A stretch of 64,000 nt of DNA, from NCBI GenBank assembly GCA_010356995.1, contig ML996705.1, positions 248,001 through 312,000 on the forward strand. Reading direction: 5' to 3'. Position 1 is the first letter of the stretch, and the number at the start of each line of letters is the position of its first letter. This stretch comes from Trichodelitschia bisporula (taxonomy: Eukaryota). Below, in pieces: positions 1-12,412 of this stretch. The notes below the pieces were generated by a model that was given only the letters and a program-made list of their open reading frames with translations, was not told the origin of the DNA and ran no database searches. Both the position numbers and the translations under genes were made by a program.

Positions 1-54
1 CCTTTTGAGCTCCGTCTCTATTACCGTATACCGCTTCCGGAAAACGTTACCCGT

Positions 55-1182
55 CTATGGGATCTTGTCTTTCCGGCCGGTGAGAATGCGGTCCTCGAAG
101 CGCCGCATCAGCTTGTTAGTTTGCTCCGCGAGACTGAGCGTCAGGATCTGTCCTCGTTAGAATAGTACGAGATGCTGGCGCTATGGCACCCACCGTATGT
201 GGCAATATCCGCGCCAAATGCGCAAAGAAGCCCTTGTAGATAGCAAGCACGCCCTCCGTGCGCACAGTGCGGAAGAGGCAGTCAAACGCGCCCGAGTACA
301 AATTGCCCGTCTGGTTGTACATGCGGCTCATGACCGTGTCAGGCGGGTGCATAACACAACACACGACAAAACCGCTCGCCGTGCTACTCGCCAGATGCAG
401 CGCCGGGCCCTCCTTCATATCCAGGTGCTTGACGAGCTGGCGCTTGGCGAAGAAGTACGTCGGCAGCTGGACGGAGGAGCCGAACCCGGTCCGCACCATT
501 GCTGGCCCTACGCCGCGGTACAAGCCGCGCACGCCCTCGCTCTTGTAGATCTGCCGAAGTCCGTCCCAGGCGTTGTGGTACGAGTGCTGCGTGCCCACGG
601 GCAAGAAGGGGGAGTACGACTGCAGGCGCGTCTTAACGAGGAAGAAAGGCGATCCCGCGGCGGCGCCGAGGATGCCTGATGCGGCGCCGGAGAAGATGTT
701 GATGCCGAAGGATTGCTTGTTTGGGTCGTTGTACAGCGTGGAGGTTATGGATGTGCGTAGCGGCTCGTAGAAGCCCAGACGGCAGCCGTTGAGGGTCATT
801 TGGTAGATGTACTGTAAGGGTTAGGGGAGGGTACGCGATAGGTTGTGGAGGGGGCGTACCGCGCAGCTCAGGCCGCGCAGGAGTCCCGACAGGCCTTCAT
901 TGCTGTAGATGACGCCCACGCCATGCAGCACGCCGCGATACAGCCGCTTTGTCTCCTGTTTGGATTGTAGCTCGCCCTGTAGCTGGAGTCTAGGCGGGGT
1001 CAGCAGGGGTGTTTGCGCCCGGGCACCGCGGGGCGTACCTGATCTTCACGGTCTCAAAGCTGTGTGTGACAGTCACGGCGCCGCAAGCGGCGATGCCACC
1101 GGCGATAAAGGCGCTGCAAATTGGTCAATCAGCGTTACGAGAGATCCGGAGCGTACTCCACGCACCCAATCGTCGTGGACAT
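55..1182 (-). CDS. OAC1: Mitochondrial oxaloacetate/sulfate carrier (SLC25 family), multi-exon
   Basis: Spliced N-terminus MSTTIGAFIAGGIAACGAVTVTHSFETVKIRLQLQGEL. Carrier motifs SPFFLVKTRLQ and HPPDTVMSRMYNQ. Last exon ILTLSLAEQTNKLMRRFEDR...KIP* (TAG at 57-55). Four GT-AG introns. Confidence 0.93.
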
Positions 1183-2220
1183 GGTCCCGAAGGGTCCGGC
1201 TGGAGGCGCCGGCGCAGACTGCGGGGTTGTGGCTGCTGCAATGGGAGGTGGGTGAAGAGTGGAGAGGATAGATGGAGAGGAGAGGGTAAGGAGTGGAGTG
1301 AAGGTTCTGTGGTGAATGGGTGAGATGCTGCGATATTGCTCACTGGAGCTAGTGGTCGGCCGAAGTCGGGGACTTTGCCCGGAGGTGGCTTCGTCAGGCA
1401 GCAAGGCATCAACACGGTTATGTAATATCCGAGCGGTCAATGTTTGCGCTACCGAACGCCTTGTGCAAGTCAATCGGAGTTTAGTTCTACATGCCATTCT
1501 TCAAACTTGCCGCTTCAATGGATTGATTCTAACTACAGCCGGATTCGCTAAAGGGGACAGCCGGTCTGGTATGTCCGTATGCGGCTTGCATTCCCGTCAA
1601 CCGGGATCGACTTCTAAGAAAAGCCCCAAACACTACGGGCTTGGTGTGAAGAGAAGAATCATCTCAAGAACCTGTTATTGGTGCCCTGATACACATGTCC
1701 GTAGGCATAATGAGCGAAGTGGCTATGCGAATTGGTTGTTCTGTCCCAATGCGGAGTTCAGTTGATGCCGCTGCGATGGTACCGAAAACCGGAATTCTGG
1801 TACAGCATGCTAAAGAGATGAAAAGGGGCTGGGCGTCATCCAGTCTTAAAGCTGTATCGTTATCAAAGCCATCTGAGTAGCTCAAGCAAGGCTGTGACAC
1901 TGTTCGTCTCAAACCCTCGTAAAAGTGAAGTCGGCGATAGTCACCTTTCCGGAGCATCTTTCCTCCATCCCCGGTCTCTTCCCAACTCATGTGAATTCGC
2001 GTCCGACCTATCAAAGAAAGCGCGATCGACAAGCCACCAAAAGTCACCCAAGGTCGATCATTGTGGGCAGCAGTCGACTTTGAATCCTGCATGCTCGACA
2101 CCTTCCCACCGCATGCGGCCTCCTTTTGTATAAATCGGCGCGCGATCCCAACCTCTCCTCCTCTTCCACTTCTTTGTCCAAAATCATAAACCCGCATCTT
2201 CCATCTCGTCGCGCTCCGCA

Positions 2221-3358
2221 ATGGCTACCTCAGAAGCTCCAGTGCAGCCCCAGAGCGCTCCCATCCAGAAATGTTCAGACATCGTCTCCTACTATCGCCC
2301 TTGCAGAGTATGTTGTCTGTGCCATGAATGAAGCCTTGAGCTCACGAGATTAGCACTTCAGATCTGAAGACAAGAAGACCTTTGTAACTTCTCTCGACTT
2401 CGACGATACTGGTGAACTCGCCATCGTCTCGCGTACGGATGACACCCTTCAAATCTACAACTGCAAGGAGGGCAAGCACGCGAAGGAGCTCAAGAGTCAG
2501 AAGTACGGTGTTCACCTTGCCCGCTTCACGCATCACGCTGGGAGCATCTTGTACGCGAGCACAAAGGTGGACGATGGCATCCGTTATCTATCCACCCACG
2601 ATAACTCCTACATCCGCTACTACAAAGGTCATACCGATACCGTCACCTGCATTGCAATGTCACCTTCCTCGGACGAGTTCGTATCATGCGGCCAGGACAA
2701 CACGGTGCGCTTGTGGGCGCTCAACTCTCCAAACGCCAAAGGACAGCTGAACCTCATCTCGCCCTACTTTGCAGCGTACGACCCTTCAGCCTCCGTTATG
2801 GCGATAGCGTCGCCTCCCACACAGTCTATCCTGCTGTACGATGTGCGCATGTTCGACAAGGCGCCCTTCTCGTCTTTCGACCTCGCAGACCTCGAGAAGC
2901 GCTTCAATCCGCCGGGCAAGGGCCGCAACTGGTCCAAGATCGAGTTTTCAAACGACGGGAAGAACCTCCTCGTCGCAACTGCTGGTCAAGGTCACTTCGT
3001 ACTCGACGCTTTTGAGGGTCACTTGCGCCACTTCTGCCTGCGGCCCAAGGGCGGTCGGTCGGAGCGGCGCGTGCCTGGAGAGACAGCTCCTAATCGGCCT
3101 GTTGGTCAAGGCGACGTTACGTTCAGTCAAGACGGTCAGTTTCTGATCGGCGGCTCGGGCAACGACGGTCTTGCCGTATGGGATGTGCATTCGCCCACCG
3201 CCGACGATTTCCTCCTCCGTCCATCGTCTGAACTTCCTGTCCACCCGGGTATCCCACCTCGTGTCGAGGTCGTCGCGTGCAACCCGAGACATAATCTGAT
3301 CTGCACTGCGGATAGAGACATGTTGATCTGGCTTCCGGACTCGGAGATCATGCCGTAA
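2221..3358 (+). CDS. SWD2: WD40 protein Swd2/WDR82 (COMPASS/CPF subunit)
   Basis: After a short first exon and intron: VTSLDFDDTGELAIVSRTDDTLQIYNCKEGKHAKELKSQKYGVHLARFTH...IRYLSTHDNSYIRYYKGH, diagnostic of Swd2. Confidence 0.93.
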
Positions 3359-4464
3359 GTCGCGATATGTGGATGTCGTGACGCATCACAGGCACAGAGA
3401 ATTTCAGAAAACCGGCGTTGAGTACCCGACACGATTTCCTGGACAAGCTTACACTATACACTACGCGTGCGCTGACCGGTTCGATAGGAGCTGGTTGGCA
3501 GGTCCTATAGAACGTCTTGCCGCTCGGGGTGGCCAGACCCCGCGACTTCAAACGAAAGTTTTGGCCGACGCGACTGAAGATGGGCGTGCTCGTAAAAAGC
3601 AAAAGACGTCAGTAGGCTGCGCTGGGGATGGAAGTCAGGAAGCACAGGCTTGATGTATGATATTGTAGGAAGAAGAAGTCAACCAGTTTCGCCGGTTGCG
3701 GCGTTTCAGCGTGTTTAGGTGCAACATTTTGGCAATTGAGTGTTTGCTTCCTGATACTTGGGGCATTTGTTCTAGACTGCAGTCTTCCGCTGAACTATTT
3801 CCAGGCACTTGAATCTTGTAAACCCGGCGACCAGGTCTGCCATGACCGGCCAGATCTCGAATCCTCTGCCTTTCATTCCGCATTTTGTCCGCGTATTTCC
3901 GTCCCATCTGCCGCAATTACCCCGCAAGGAATTCTATTCGCGCGTGGCGCCCAAATCAACGACCAGAAATGAGTGTTACGTACCCTACTCTCTCGCGTCC
4001 ACAAGCCCTTTCGCCCAACGCCAAACCCCGGCGTCCACGAGCCCGGTGGCTAATATCCCGCGATACTAGGCCCAACACTCGGTGCAAAGGGGCGCCGACT
4101 CGGCGCCGTGATCAACCTGCGACATGCCGAGCGAGGGTGCGGATCGCGACTTTTCACCTCGCCTGGTGGGAAGGGCCCGTGCGGCTGGGGGGGAAACGAT
4201 GTTTTCAGCATGACATTGCAACCCGCATCGACGCGCAAAATCGGTGCTCATCACAAGGCCTTTATGAAGGGAAAGGCTGGAAGTAGGGCCGCGTGCGCGG
4301 CCCTGCGGCGCAATGTGGGATTGATTGCGGGATCCGTCATGCGCAGCTAATTTGGGGGTAATATAGCCGGCTTCGAGGTAATTGCGCGTGTGGGGAGGGG
4401 GGGCTTAATACAGGCCAGTGTTCGCACTTTTTTGCACTGTGAGAGAGAGCTTTTGCGTGAGATC

Positions 4465-5361
4465 ATGGCTGTCAAGGTACGTCGCCTGCGTCGCTTGCTC
4501 TCACCCGCTCTGTTCGTGATGCTGATATCCCAGATCTTCCTCGCCCTCCTCCCCCTCGCCCTCGCCTCCCCCCAGTGGGGCAACTGGGGCAACTGGGGCG
4601 CTCAACAACAATCCCCGCGGCCCCAGCAAAACCAGCCCTGGGCCCAACAGACCAGTCCAAGATGGGGCAACCAGCCCGCCACCCAGGCGCAGCCGTGGAA
4701 CAACGCGCCGCAGCCGCAGACCCAGCCGTGGAACAACGCGCCGCGCCCGCAGACACAGTATCCTAGACCGACGCAGCAGCCGCGGCCTACGGCGCAGCCC
4801 CGGCCCGCGGACGACGACGACGAGCCCTTGACGAAATGGACGGCGCCGGCTCAATGGGGCCCCAAGGGGACACGCCCGTTCGGGCCGCGCACGACGACCG
4901 TGTACGGCACGCCTGGCGCGCTACCGCCTAGTCCGACCCGGGAGCCCGAGCCCGCGGGCCCGACGAGCACGGATCCACCTAAGGAACCGGTTCCGTTTGT
5001 GGTAACCTGTGGCCGGACGCGGTACGTCGAGGACGACATCAGCAATGCGTTGACTGCGGGGTGCTTTTATCAGAAGAAGGGGACGAAGGTTAATGGGAGC
5101 GAGTTTCCGAAGGAGTTTGTGAATAACCAGGGGTTTGATTTTGGGGAGTTGAGGGCGCCGTTTTATGAGTTTCCGATTATTCCGAGTGCGCCGTATGTTG
5201 GTGGTGAGTGGGCTCCTGATTTTGGGTTTGGGGGGAAGGCTAATGATGGTGTAGGGCCTGCCGGGAATGATCGCGTTGTGTTTAGCGCGGGTACGTGCTA
5301 CCTCGCTGGGGAGTTGGTGTATCAGAATGGGAAGTATACGGAGTGCAGTGAGGAGTACTAG
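4465..5361 (+). CDS. Secreted RNase T1/N1-fold protein with Q/P/W/N-rich N-terminal repeats; probably catalytically inactive
   Basis: MAVK + intron 4477-4533 + IFLALLPLALA signal peptide. C-terminal TCGRTRY...NNQGFDF...FYEFPI...GNDRVVF...YTEC matches the RNase T1 fold. Second intron at about 5204-5254. Confidence 0.8.
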   Translation: MAVKVRRLRRLLSPALFVMLISQIFLALLPLALASPQWGNWGNWGAQQQSPRPQQNQPWAQQTSPRWGNQPATQAQPWNNAPQPQTQPWNNAPRPQTQYPRPTQQPRPTAQPRPADDDDEPLTKWTAPAQWGPKGTRPFGPRTTTVYGTPGALPPSPTREPEPAGPTSTDPPKEPVPFVVTCGRTRYVEDDISNALTAGCFYQKKGTKVNGSEFPKEFVNNQGFDFGELRAPFYEFPIIPSAPYVGGEWAPDFGFGGKANDGVGPAGNDRVVFSAGTCYLAGELVYQNGKYTECSEEY

Positions 5362-5761
5362 GTGGGAGGAGCGAGGTGAGGCGAGGGCAGCGACGACCGG
5401 AGCGGATGCGGATGCCCGGTTGGAGCTTCAGCGAAGCGGAAGAGGGAGAACGGAGTGAGGAGGGAAAGAGGTAGAGACTGTAAATTCCATGTACAGATAT
5501 CCAAAGCATTGCCTTGCGGCCCGCCGCACCTTATCAAGACCCGCATCGCATTAGCGTCAGGACCTGCGCCACCTCCGCCCCACTACCCCACATCAGCGTA
5601 GACCTTCCCCATTTGGCACAGCCGCTCTATCTCAGCACGGCGATGGCGCCAAAGGCGCTGCAGCTCGACACACGGTATATAAGCTACGGTGACGCCAATT
5701 CCAACGCCGGATTCTCCTCCGGAAGTGTTCTTCTCCTTTAACCTCAACCAGAACCGCCTCA

Positions 5762-6623
5762 ATGGATGAACCTTTCGTCAAAAACGACCTAGTCGTCACA
5801 CGCATGACCCCCGCTGATATCAACGGTGCAATTGACACGATTCAACAGGCCTTCGCCGATGATCCATATAGCCGGTGGATCTTCGACCAGCGGGAGGTGC
5901 GTCCCTGGTGCCCATCCTCCCCGTCCCCATCTCACCCTTAACCCACTCTCCCGCTCTCCAAACCCCACCTAACCCCTGGCCTAGTTCTCCCCCGTCCGCA
6001 ACCGCGTCTCCCTCACCCACCGCTGCCACTGGGGTATCAAGCATGGTCTCTTTTACGTCTGCAGATCAGAATCGTCGAAGAAGATTCTGGGCTGCGCGAT
6101 GTGGCTCCCACCTCGTAAAGCGGGTCAGCAGGAGAGCTGGGCCGAGTGGTGCAGCGCCTGGCTCCTCTGGCTTAAACAGGGGTGGATGAACCTCTCCCAC
6201 GGCCGGGGCGGCCTCAACGTCGCGCGGTACTGGGCATGGAAGGGCGCCCAAGCAGAAGCACAGAAGGCGGTGTGGACCGACCCAAACGGGTACTACTTCT
6301 GTAACATCGTGACTGTGTTACCGGAGGCGCAGGGGAGGGGCGTGGGGAGGGCACTCATGGAGGTAGTGCTGGAACGGGCGGATAGGGAGGGGCGGAAGTG
6401 TTATCTTGAGAGTTCGAGACGGGAGCCGAATGTGGGGATTTATGAGCGGTTTGGGTTTGGGCTTGTGAGGGAGATGGGGTGTGAGGTGGGGGGAGAAGGG
6501 GTTAGGCTTTATTGTATGGTTAGGGAGCCGGGGGGGAAGATAGCGGAGGGTGAAGGGCAGAGTGAGATGGCTGGGGAGTGTACAGTATGTGGGTCGGAGG
6601 GTGTTGTGGGTTGTCTTCATTGA
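5762..6623 (+). CDS. GNAT-family N-acetyltransferase
   Basis: MDEPF...AFADDPYSRWIFD, one intron, then GCAMWLPP, motif A VLPEAQGRGVGRALM and motif B CYLESS...NVGIYERFGF. Confidence 0.88.
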
Positions 6624-6730
6624 TGCTGGGGTGTTATCTATCATTGCTTTTGGGCCGGTCTCTTGACCGGCCGACCTCTATCAATCAACCACCGCTCGAA
6701 GCCGCAAAGCTGCTCGATCCTTAACCCATA

Positions 6731-7525
6731 TCAAGCCGCAACCCGCCACCGGCTCTCCCTCTCCACCTTCTTCCTAACCACATGCTCCAACCACACCCGT
6801 CCCTGCCCCGCTCCTTCAACCTCCATATCCCCCTCCGGCCTTACACACCACTGCTGCGCGACATCCTTCGCCTCCGCCCACTCCTCCACATCAAACCCCC
6901 CCTCACTCTCAACCAACATAAGCCCCCCATCCGCCGCAAACACAAAAACATGCAACGACTTCGCCCCCCCCAAATCCGTCCCCTCCGTCGGAACCACAAG
7001 CGTCCCATCCCGCAGCACCGCAACAGTGGTAGTCGTATACGTCGTCGCCAGGGGGAGCGAAGCCGCAATAAGCGTCAACAGCGCCGTCTGCAGCAGCACC
7101 GGCAGAACCGGCAGCACCGAATGCGGGTTCAGCGCGTACCGCAGAGGGCCCGGTTCCGGCGTGTGCGTGACTTGCAGGGTGAGCTGGATGAGCGTGCGCG
7201 GGAAGGAGTGCACGAGGAGGACGCGGCGGAGGAGCGTGTGGAGGAGGGTTTCGAGGTGGCGTTCTTTGGGGGCTGGGGGGGGTTAGTCGTGGTGTACCAT
7301 TTCGGAGACGGGAGACGGGAAGACGGAGGGGAAGGGGGACGTACTCCCTACGCCGGCGGAGGGCCGGATGTTCACCTCCAGCGTGGCTTCCTCGGGTAAC
7401 TCATCGCGCCGCATTACTTCGAGGGGGCCGTTGACGGCGCCGACGATGGTGTAGCCGGAGGCGGAGTAGGATGCGGAGCCATCTGGGCGGTGGAGGGGGG
7501 AGAGGGTTGCGGTTGGGAGGGTCAT
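6731..7525 (-). CDS. RRP46: Exosome core subunit Rrp46 (RNase PH-like)
   Basis: LSPLHRPDGSASYSASGYTIVGAVNGPLEVMRRDELPEEATLEVNIRP, one intron, then PKERHLE...HSFPRTLIQLTLQV...LVESEGGF. Confidence 0.88.
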
Positions 7526-7997
7526 GGTGGTGGTAGATGCTGTGCGAGGTGTTGCTCGGGGTGGACCACGTCGCTCACGCCTTAAAGCCACGATATTTGA
7601 CCGCGATGTCGTCGGCAAAGTCCGTCAAGTCGCTGAGTTCGTCAAATGCGCCAACCAGTCGTGGAGCGCGGATGTGCGGTAAATAGTGCGGGGAGTTCGT
7701 TGCGCGCCTCTGACGTTCCGCAGCGCGGCGCGCAAAGACTGGCTGCCAACATGCACGCGCCCGGTTGGTGGGCTGGCTGAGCTCCACATGAACGCCGGAC
7801 GGGGCGCCGTCGCGACAACACCTCCGCATCCTGCACATCCGAGGCATCGCGGGTATCAAGCTCACTGACTACGCGCTGCATCTGCCGATTCTCACATTCA
7901 TCTCCGCCATCCCGTCGCTACCTTCGCCGTCGAACTTTCGCCGGCTGTCCACCTACACGTTGCCGGCGCGCCCTCACGCAGTCCGCCGCCCGACACA

Positions 7998-8576
7998 ATG
8001 TCCAAAGCTCAGTCTCCGCTCAAGCGCCTCACGCGCGAACTACAAGACTTGCAGGACGAGCCGAATGATGCGGTGCTCCGGCTGGGACCGGTGGACGACG
8101 ATCTGTTCCACTGGCATGCGGTACTAAAGGGCCCGGCTGGGACGGCGTACGAAGGTATGCATTCCACACTTAGGACCTTGCATCTCCCTCACCTCTCCCC
8201 GCTTTCATACGCTCTTCATCACTCGGCCGTATCTACAGACAGCTAACCACCCACAGGCGGCCTCTGGGCCCTCTCCATCACCATCCCCCCCAACTACCCC
8301 AACGCACCACCAAAAGTACGCTTCGAAACCCCCATCTGCCACCCAAACGTGCACTTCCAAACCGGCGAGATCTGCCTCGATCTACTCAAGGACAAATGGG
8401 CGCCCACCATCACCATCAGCATCCTGCTCACCAGCATCCAGCAGCTGCTGACCTCGGCCGAGCCAGACTCGCCGCTCAACGTCGACATCGCCCAGCTCTT
8501 TCGCCAGGGAGATTGGGCGGGCGCTGAGAGTCTGATTCGGTATTATACCCAGGTGGAGCGGTGGGATGGGCGCTGA
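7998..8576 (+). CDS. PEX4: Ubiquitin-conjugating enzyme E2, Pex4-like
   Basis: UBC fold with HPNVHFQTGEICLDLL (catalytic Cys). C-terminus AEPDSPLNVDIAQLFRQGD...AESLIRYYT resembles fungal Pex4. One intron (about 8155-8256). Confidence 0.8.
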
Positions 8577-9087
8577 GGAACTCGAGGGAATGAGGTTGCG
8601 GAGTATTACTGTGATTCCCTCTCTTTTTTCTGTGTGTCTGTGTATAGTAACGGCTGAGCTGAGACGGCTGTGTTTTTGGATAGGCTGGTTTGTATGGCAG
8701 GAGGGTATATCAACGCTTTCCGCAGGAGGGTATATCAGCGCTTTTCGCGCATCAAAAGCGAGTTTCGTAATGCTTCAACCACCACCCCATACCACCTGCC
8801 CGTGAAGCACACAGAACCCTGACGTAATCTACCAGCAGGGCCGATTCCGCATCGCTCTCGCCCACCACCAAGTGGAAAGAGCCAGGGACGACGCTATGGT
8901 TGTATTTGGTTTGCTCTGGCGGACTTCTTCTCCCACTCCATCAATCCCCCAACATCTTCTAGACGCATCGTTTTGCTGTCACTTTGTCAACATCCTCACT
9001 AGCATCGTTCAGTTCTGCTCAAATGCATGTCAAAGATATCGCTAGAACTACTCTCTCTGGCTCCATCTTCGTCGTCATCCTCCCACA

Positions 9088-10379
9088 ATGCCTACCAATA
9101 TCGCCCTGCTCCACTCCAGTCTGCCCCTTCTGCTCTCACATCGCACCCGCTAACCATTCCAGTCGCGTGCCCGTTCCACTACTACCACAACTTATTAATC
9201 GTATGCCGTCTCTATTCAGGGCAAGTGCATATCTAATCCAACAAGCCAGCAATCAAAGCTGCTCACTACCTCGCCCTCAAAGCCGTCTACTCCGAAACAG
9301 CAGCCACCGCCTCCGCACTGGCATCCCAGTTCCCTGGGGCAGTACTCGCCTACTCCAACGATCAGTTTCCCAACCTCACCGCCTTGCTAGGCCGGAGCGA
9401 CATCACCGCCGTGATCATCGCGTGCGGCCCCTCCCATCCTCCTTCTACCCACCTAACCGAAGCAGAATGAGGCACGTCGAGCAACCGATATTCATCCGCC
9501 TCGCCCTCGAAGCGGGGAAACACGTCCTGAGCGAAATGCCCATCTTGGAAACCCTCTCCGACTTGCATGAGCTCTTCGCCATCGCAGCCACGCTCCCGAA
9601 GCCCGGCCCGAGGTGGAACGTGGCCGAGCCTTTACGCTTTATGCCTGATGTCGATTACGCCGCGGGGGAGATACTGAAGCTCGGCCCGGTTACTGGATTC
9701 TGGACGCGCCAGGTGATGGTGATGGCCGACGTGTGGGATTTTAGTGAGTTTGGTTTCATTTGATGGTCGGCGGGAAGGGCTAACGGGGCGGAACCAAAAA
9801 GCTGGCTTGGACACGACGCAGCAGGAAGCCTTCATCCTCGAAAACACCATATTTTCCGTCGCTCTGATGCGGAAGCTGCTCGGTCCCCCGGCACAGCCCG
9901 TGCTGGTGGTTGCTGGGACAAATTTGGTGCAGAAACGCCTACCGCCGGTCGACACTGTCGAGGCGGTGTGGATAGCCGCCAATGGCGTGATCGGGAGCTT
10001 TGGGTACACGCACGGTTCGCCGGTCGACGTGCCTGGGGCCGAGCACGTCGTTATGTGTGAGGGAGGGGCCGTGGAGCTTATACGGAGGGGTAGGGACAAG
10101 GTGGTGCGGGTGTACAAGGCGAATATGAGCCCAGAGGAAAGGGTTATTGAGAGCGGCCATGAGTTGGCGGTTAGGTTGGAGGTGCAGGCGTGGGCGGAGT
10201 GCTTGGAAAAGGGGTGGGGGGACCCGCGTTTAAGTCCGTGGGAGGCGATTCGGGATCTAGAAATTGCGCGTGGGATGCTGGTGAGCGGGCTAATGCACGG
10301 AGAGCGCATAAAAGTTGGTGATGGGCGGCTGCTGCGTGGGATAAATGGAGAGCGCGTAGAAATTGGTAGAGTAGATTGA
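9088..10379 (+). CDS. Gfo/Idh/MocA-family oxidoreductase-like protein with degenerate cofactor and catalytic motifs
   Basis: Five exons splice in frame: MPTNIALLHSIACP...LKAVYS...LLGRSDITAVIIA...LALEAGKHVLSEMP...WNVAEPLRF...SPWEAIRDLE. Confidence 0.75.
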
Positions 10380-10402
10380 CGGGTATCGCAAGCCGGTCAG
10401 AA

Positions 10403-11821
10403 CTAGACTATAGCAGCGGCCGCAGTCGCGGCTTTGCTCTCTTTCACCGTCGCCTCCGTATCCCCATCCACCTCCACCCCCAACGCCGCCAAATCCACCG
10501 CCAGCGGATCCGTCTCCGGCGTCGGCTCCGTCGGCCCCGCCACCCCAGGCGGCGGCAGCGCCCACGCCGGCAACTCCGTCTCATACGCCCACCGGCCCGC
10601 CTCATCCGCATACTTGCGCGCATGCAAATAAATCCCGAGCTCATGCGGTGCGGGATCGGAGTAAAGCTCCGTGCCGCACACATCGCACTTCTCGCCCGTC
10701 ATCTTCTCCCCGCGCCGCTTCTGGTACCCGTCGACGATTTCGTCGTGGTAGGCGACTGCTTCGGCGACTTCTTCCTTGCCCATCCGGCCCAGGCGCGTGA
10801 TTACGTCTTCATCGTCTTCGCCCCCGCTTTCGCCTGCGGCGAGGGCCGGGCCGAAGACGCGTTGGTTGCAGTATATGGGGTCGTTCGCGATAGGGTGCCC
10901 GAGGAATTGGAGGTGCACGCGGATTTGATGCGTTCGGCCGGTGAGGGGCATGCAGCGTACGATGGAGTATCCGCGGAGCGCGCGCCAGGGTAGGTCCGCC
11001 GGGCCGTCCCGGGGCTGCCCATCCGCCCCATCCTCGCACGGCGGGTAATACGCCAGGCGCTTGAACACCGTACGTGCGGTTTTGCCATTCGCGCGTACCC
11101 GGTTCAGGCCGAGCTTGGGACTTATTTGCAGGATGGGTTTTTCGCACACGATTTCCCCCTCTGGGAATTCGCCGACGACGCGCGCGACGTATTCTTTGCG
11201 GACTGTGCGAGCGCGGATTTCAGTCGCCACCCGCTCGGAGGCCGCGCGGTGCTTGCCGATGAACATTACGCCGGAGGTTAGGCGGTCGAGGCGGTTGCAG
11301 GGGGAGGGGTTGAAGGCGTTTGCGTATTGCGAGCGCAGGATTTCGACGACGGAGTTGTGGTTGTACCGGCCTGCGGGGTGCACGGGGATGCTGGCGGGCT
11401 TGTTGATGACGAGGAGGTCGGCGTCTTCGTGGACTATGGCTATGGGGGAGGCGGTTATGGGGGGTTCGTGGCGGTGGAGGGTGTGCGATATTACGTCTCC
11501 GTTTTTGATAACTGTGGCTGGGGTCGCGACTTTGCCGTTGATTACGATGAGGCCGCGGGAGATGGAATCCGCGTAGTATTCTTGCGAGCGGTCGCGGAAT
11601 TCCTCGGCGAAGATGTCCACGAGCGTCCGGCCGCGCCAGCGCTCTTTGCAGTGCGTGTTGTAGGTGAAGTGGTATGGTTTTACGCGACGTAATCCATCGC
11701 CTATGTAATACGGATCGGGGAGCGGGTCGCATGGGGTCGTGATTACTGGAGGAGGTGGGGTGAGTTTGGGGGTGGTTTTTATGGGGGTTACGGTCCTGGG
11801 GGGTACTGGGACGAGGGACAT
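10403..11821 (-). CDS. RluA-family pseudouridine synthase (Rib2/Pus8/Pus9-like)
   Basis: KERWRGRTL, S4-like region, HRHEPPI, INKPASIPVHPAGRY, CNRLDRLTSG (catalytic Asp), TGRTHQIRVHLQFLGHPIANDPIY. The first in-frame ATG is taken as the start. Confidence 0.92.
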   Translation of the reverse strand: MSLVPVPPRTVTPIKTTPKLTPPPPVITTPCDPLPDPYYIGDGLRRVKPYHFTYNTHCKERWRGRTLVDIFAEEFRDRSQEYYADSISRGLIVINGKVATPATVIKNGDVISHTLHRHEPPITASPIAIVHEDADLLVINKPASIPVHPAGRYNHNSVVEILRSQYANAFNPSPCNRLDRLTSGVMFIGKHRAASERVATEIRARTVRKEYVARVVGEFPEGEIVCEKPILQISPKLGLNRVRANGKTARTVFKRLAYYPPCEDGADGQPRDGPADLPWRALRGYSIVRCMPLTGRTHQIRVHLQFLGHPIANDPIYCNQRVFGPALAAGESGGEDDEDVITRLGRMGKEEVAEAVAYHDEIVDGYQKRRGEKMTGEKCDVCGTELYSDPAPHELGIYLHARKYADEAGRWAYETELPAWALPPPGVAGPTEPTPETDPLAVDLAALGVEVDGDTEATVKESKAATAAAAIV

Positions 11822-12312
11822 GGCTGAGGAGGGGATGGAGCCCCTCTGAGCGAGGAGGGCGAGGATGCGGGGTGAGGGCGCCAATGTGGGGTGGTTGTGG
11901 TTGTGGTGATGGTGGGGAGGAGGTGGTTGTTGTGGAGGGGCGGGGGATGAGGTTTTTCGGCCGGGGGATTCGGGGCCGGGGGGTTGCGGGGTCTGTGCGC
12001 AAGGCTGGCGGGCCGGGGATCGGATTGGGTGGACTAGGGGCGATGGAAGCTTGATACGGGAACATGTTTACAGAGGTCATAGGATCGCGAACTTGGTTGA
12101 TAAAATGAGTTGCCGCAGTGGAGGCTACTCGATTTTGTAGAATTTCTCTTCGCAAGTCTCCTATTCAGCAGTGGTTACCGCAAGATAGACCCTTCAGTAC
12201 ACCCCGACTAGAACTAGCAAGCCGATATGTGATATCAACAGACCCATACGCTGAACCATCCAAGGCCACCAGGCCGCCGATAGCCGTCCCCTCAAAGATC
12301 ATACCAGAGGCG

Positions 12313-12412
12313 CCATCAGCACTTGACAGCCCTCCCATCGCACGCGTACACCGTATACTAGGCCACCAGCACTTGATAGCCCTCCCATCGCGCCCATACA
12401 CCGTATTCCAAT
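12313..12412. repeat. Imperfect 50-bp tandem duplication
   Basis: cagcacttgacagccctcccatcgcacgcgtacaccgtata at 12317 and cagcacttgatagccctcccatcgcgcccatacaccgtatt at 12367. Confidence 0.85.

Noticed and set aside
11220..12155. 311-aa ORF overlapping the pseudouridine synthase
   Set aside because: Shadow frame caused by stop-poor C-rich sequence.
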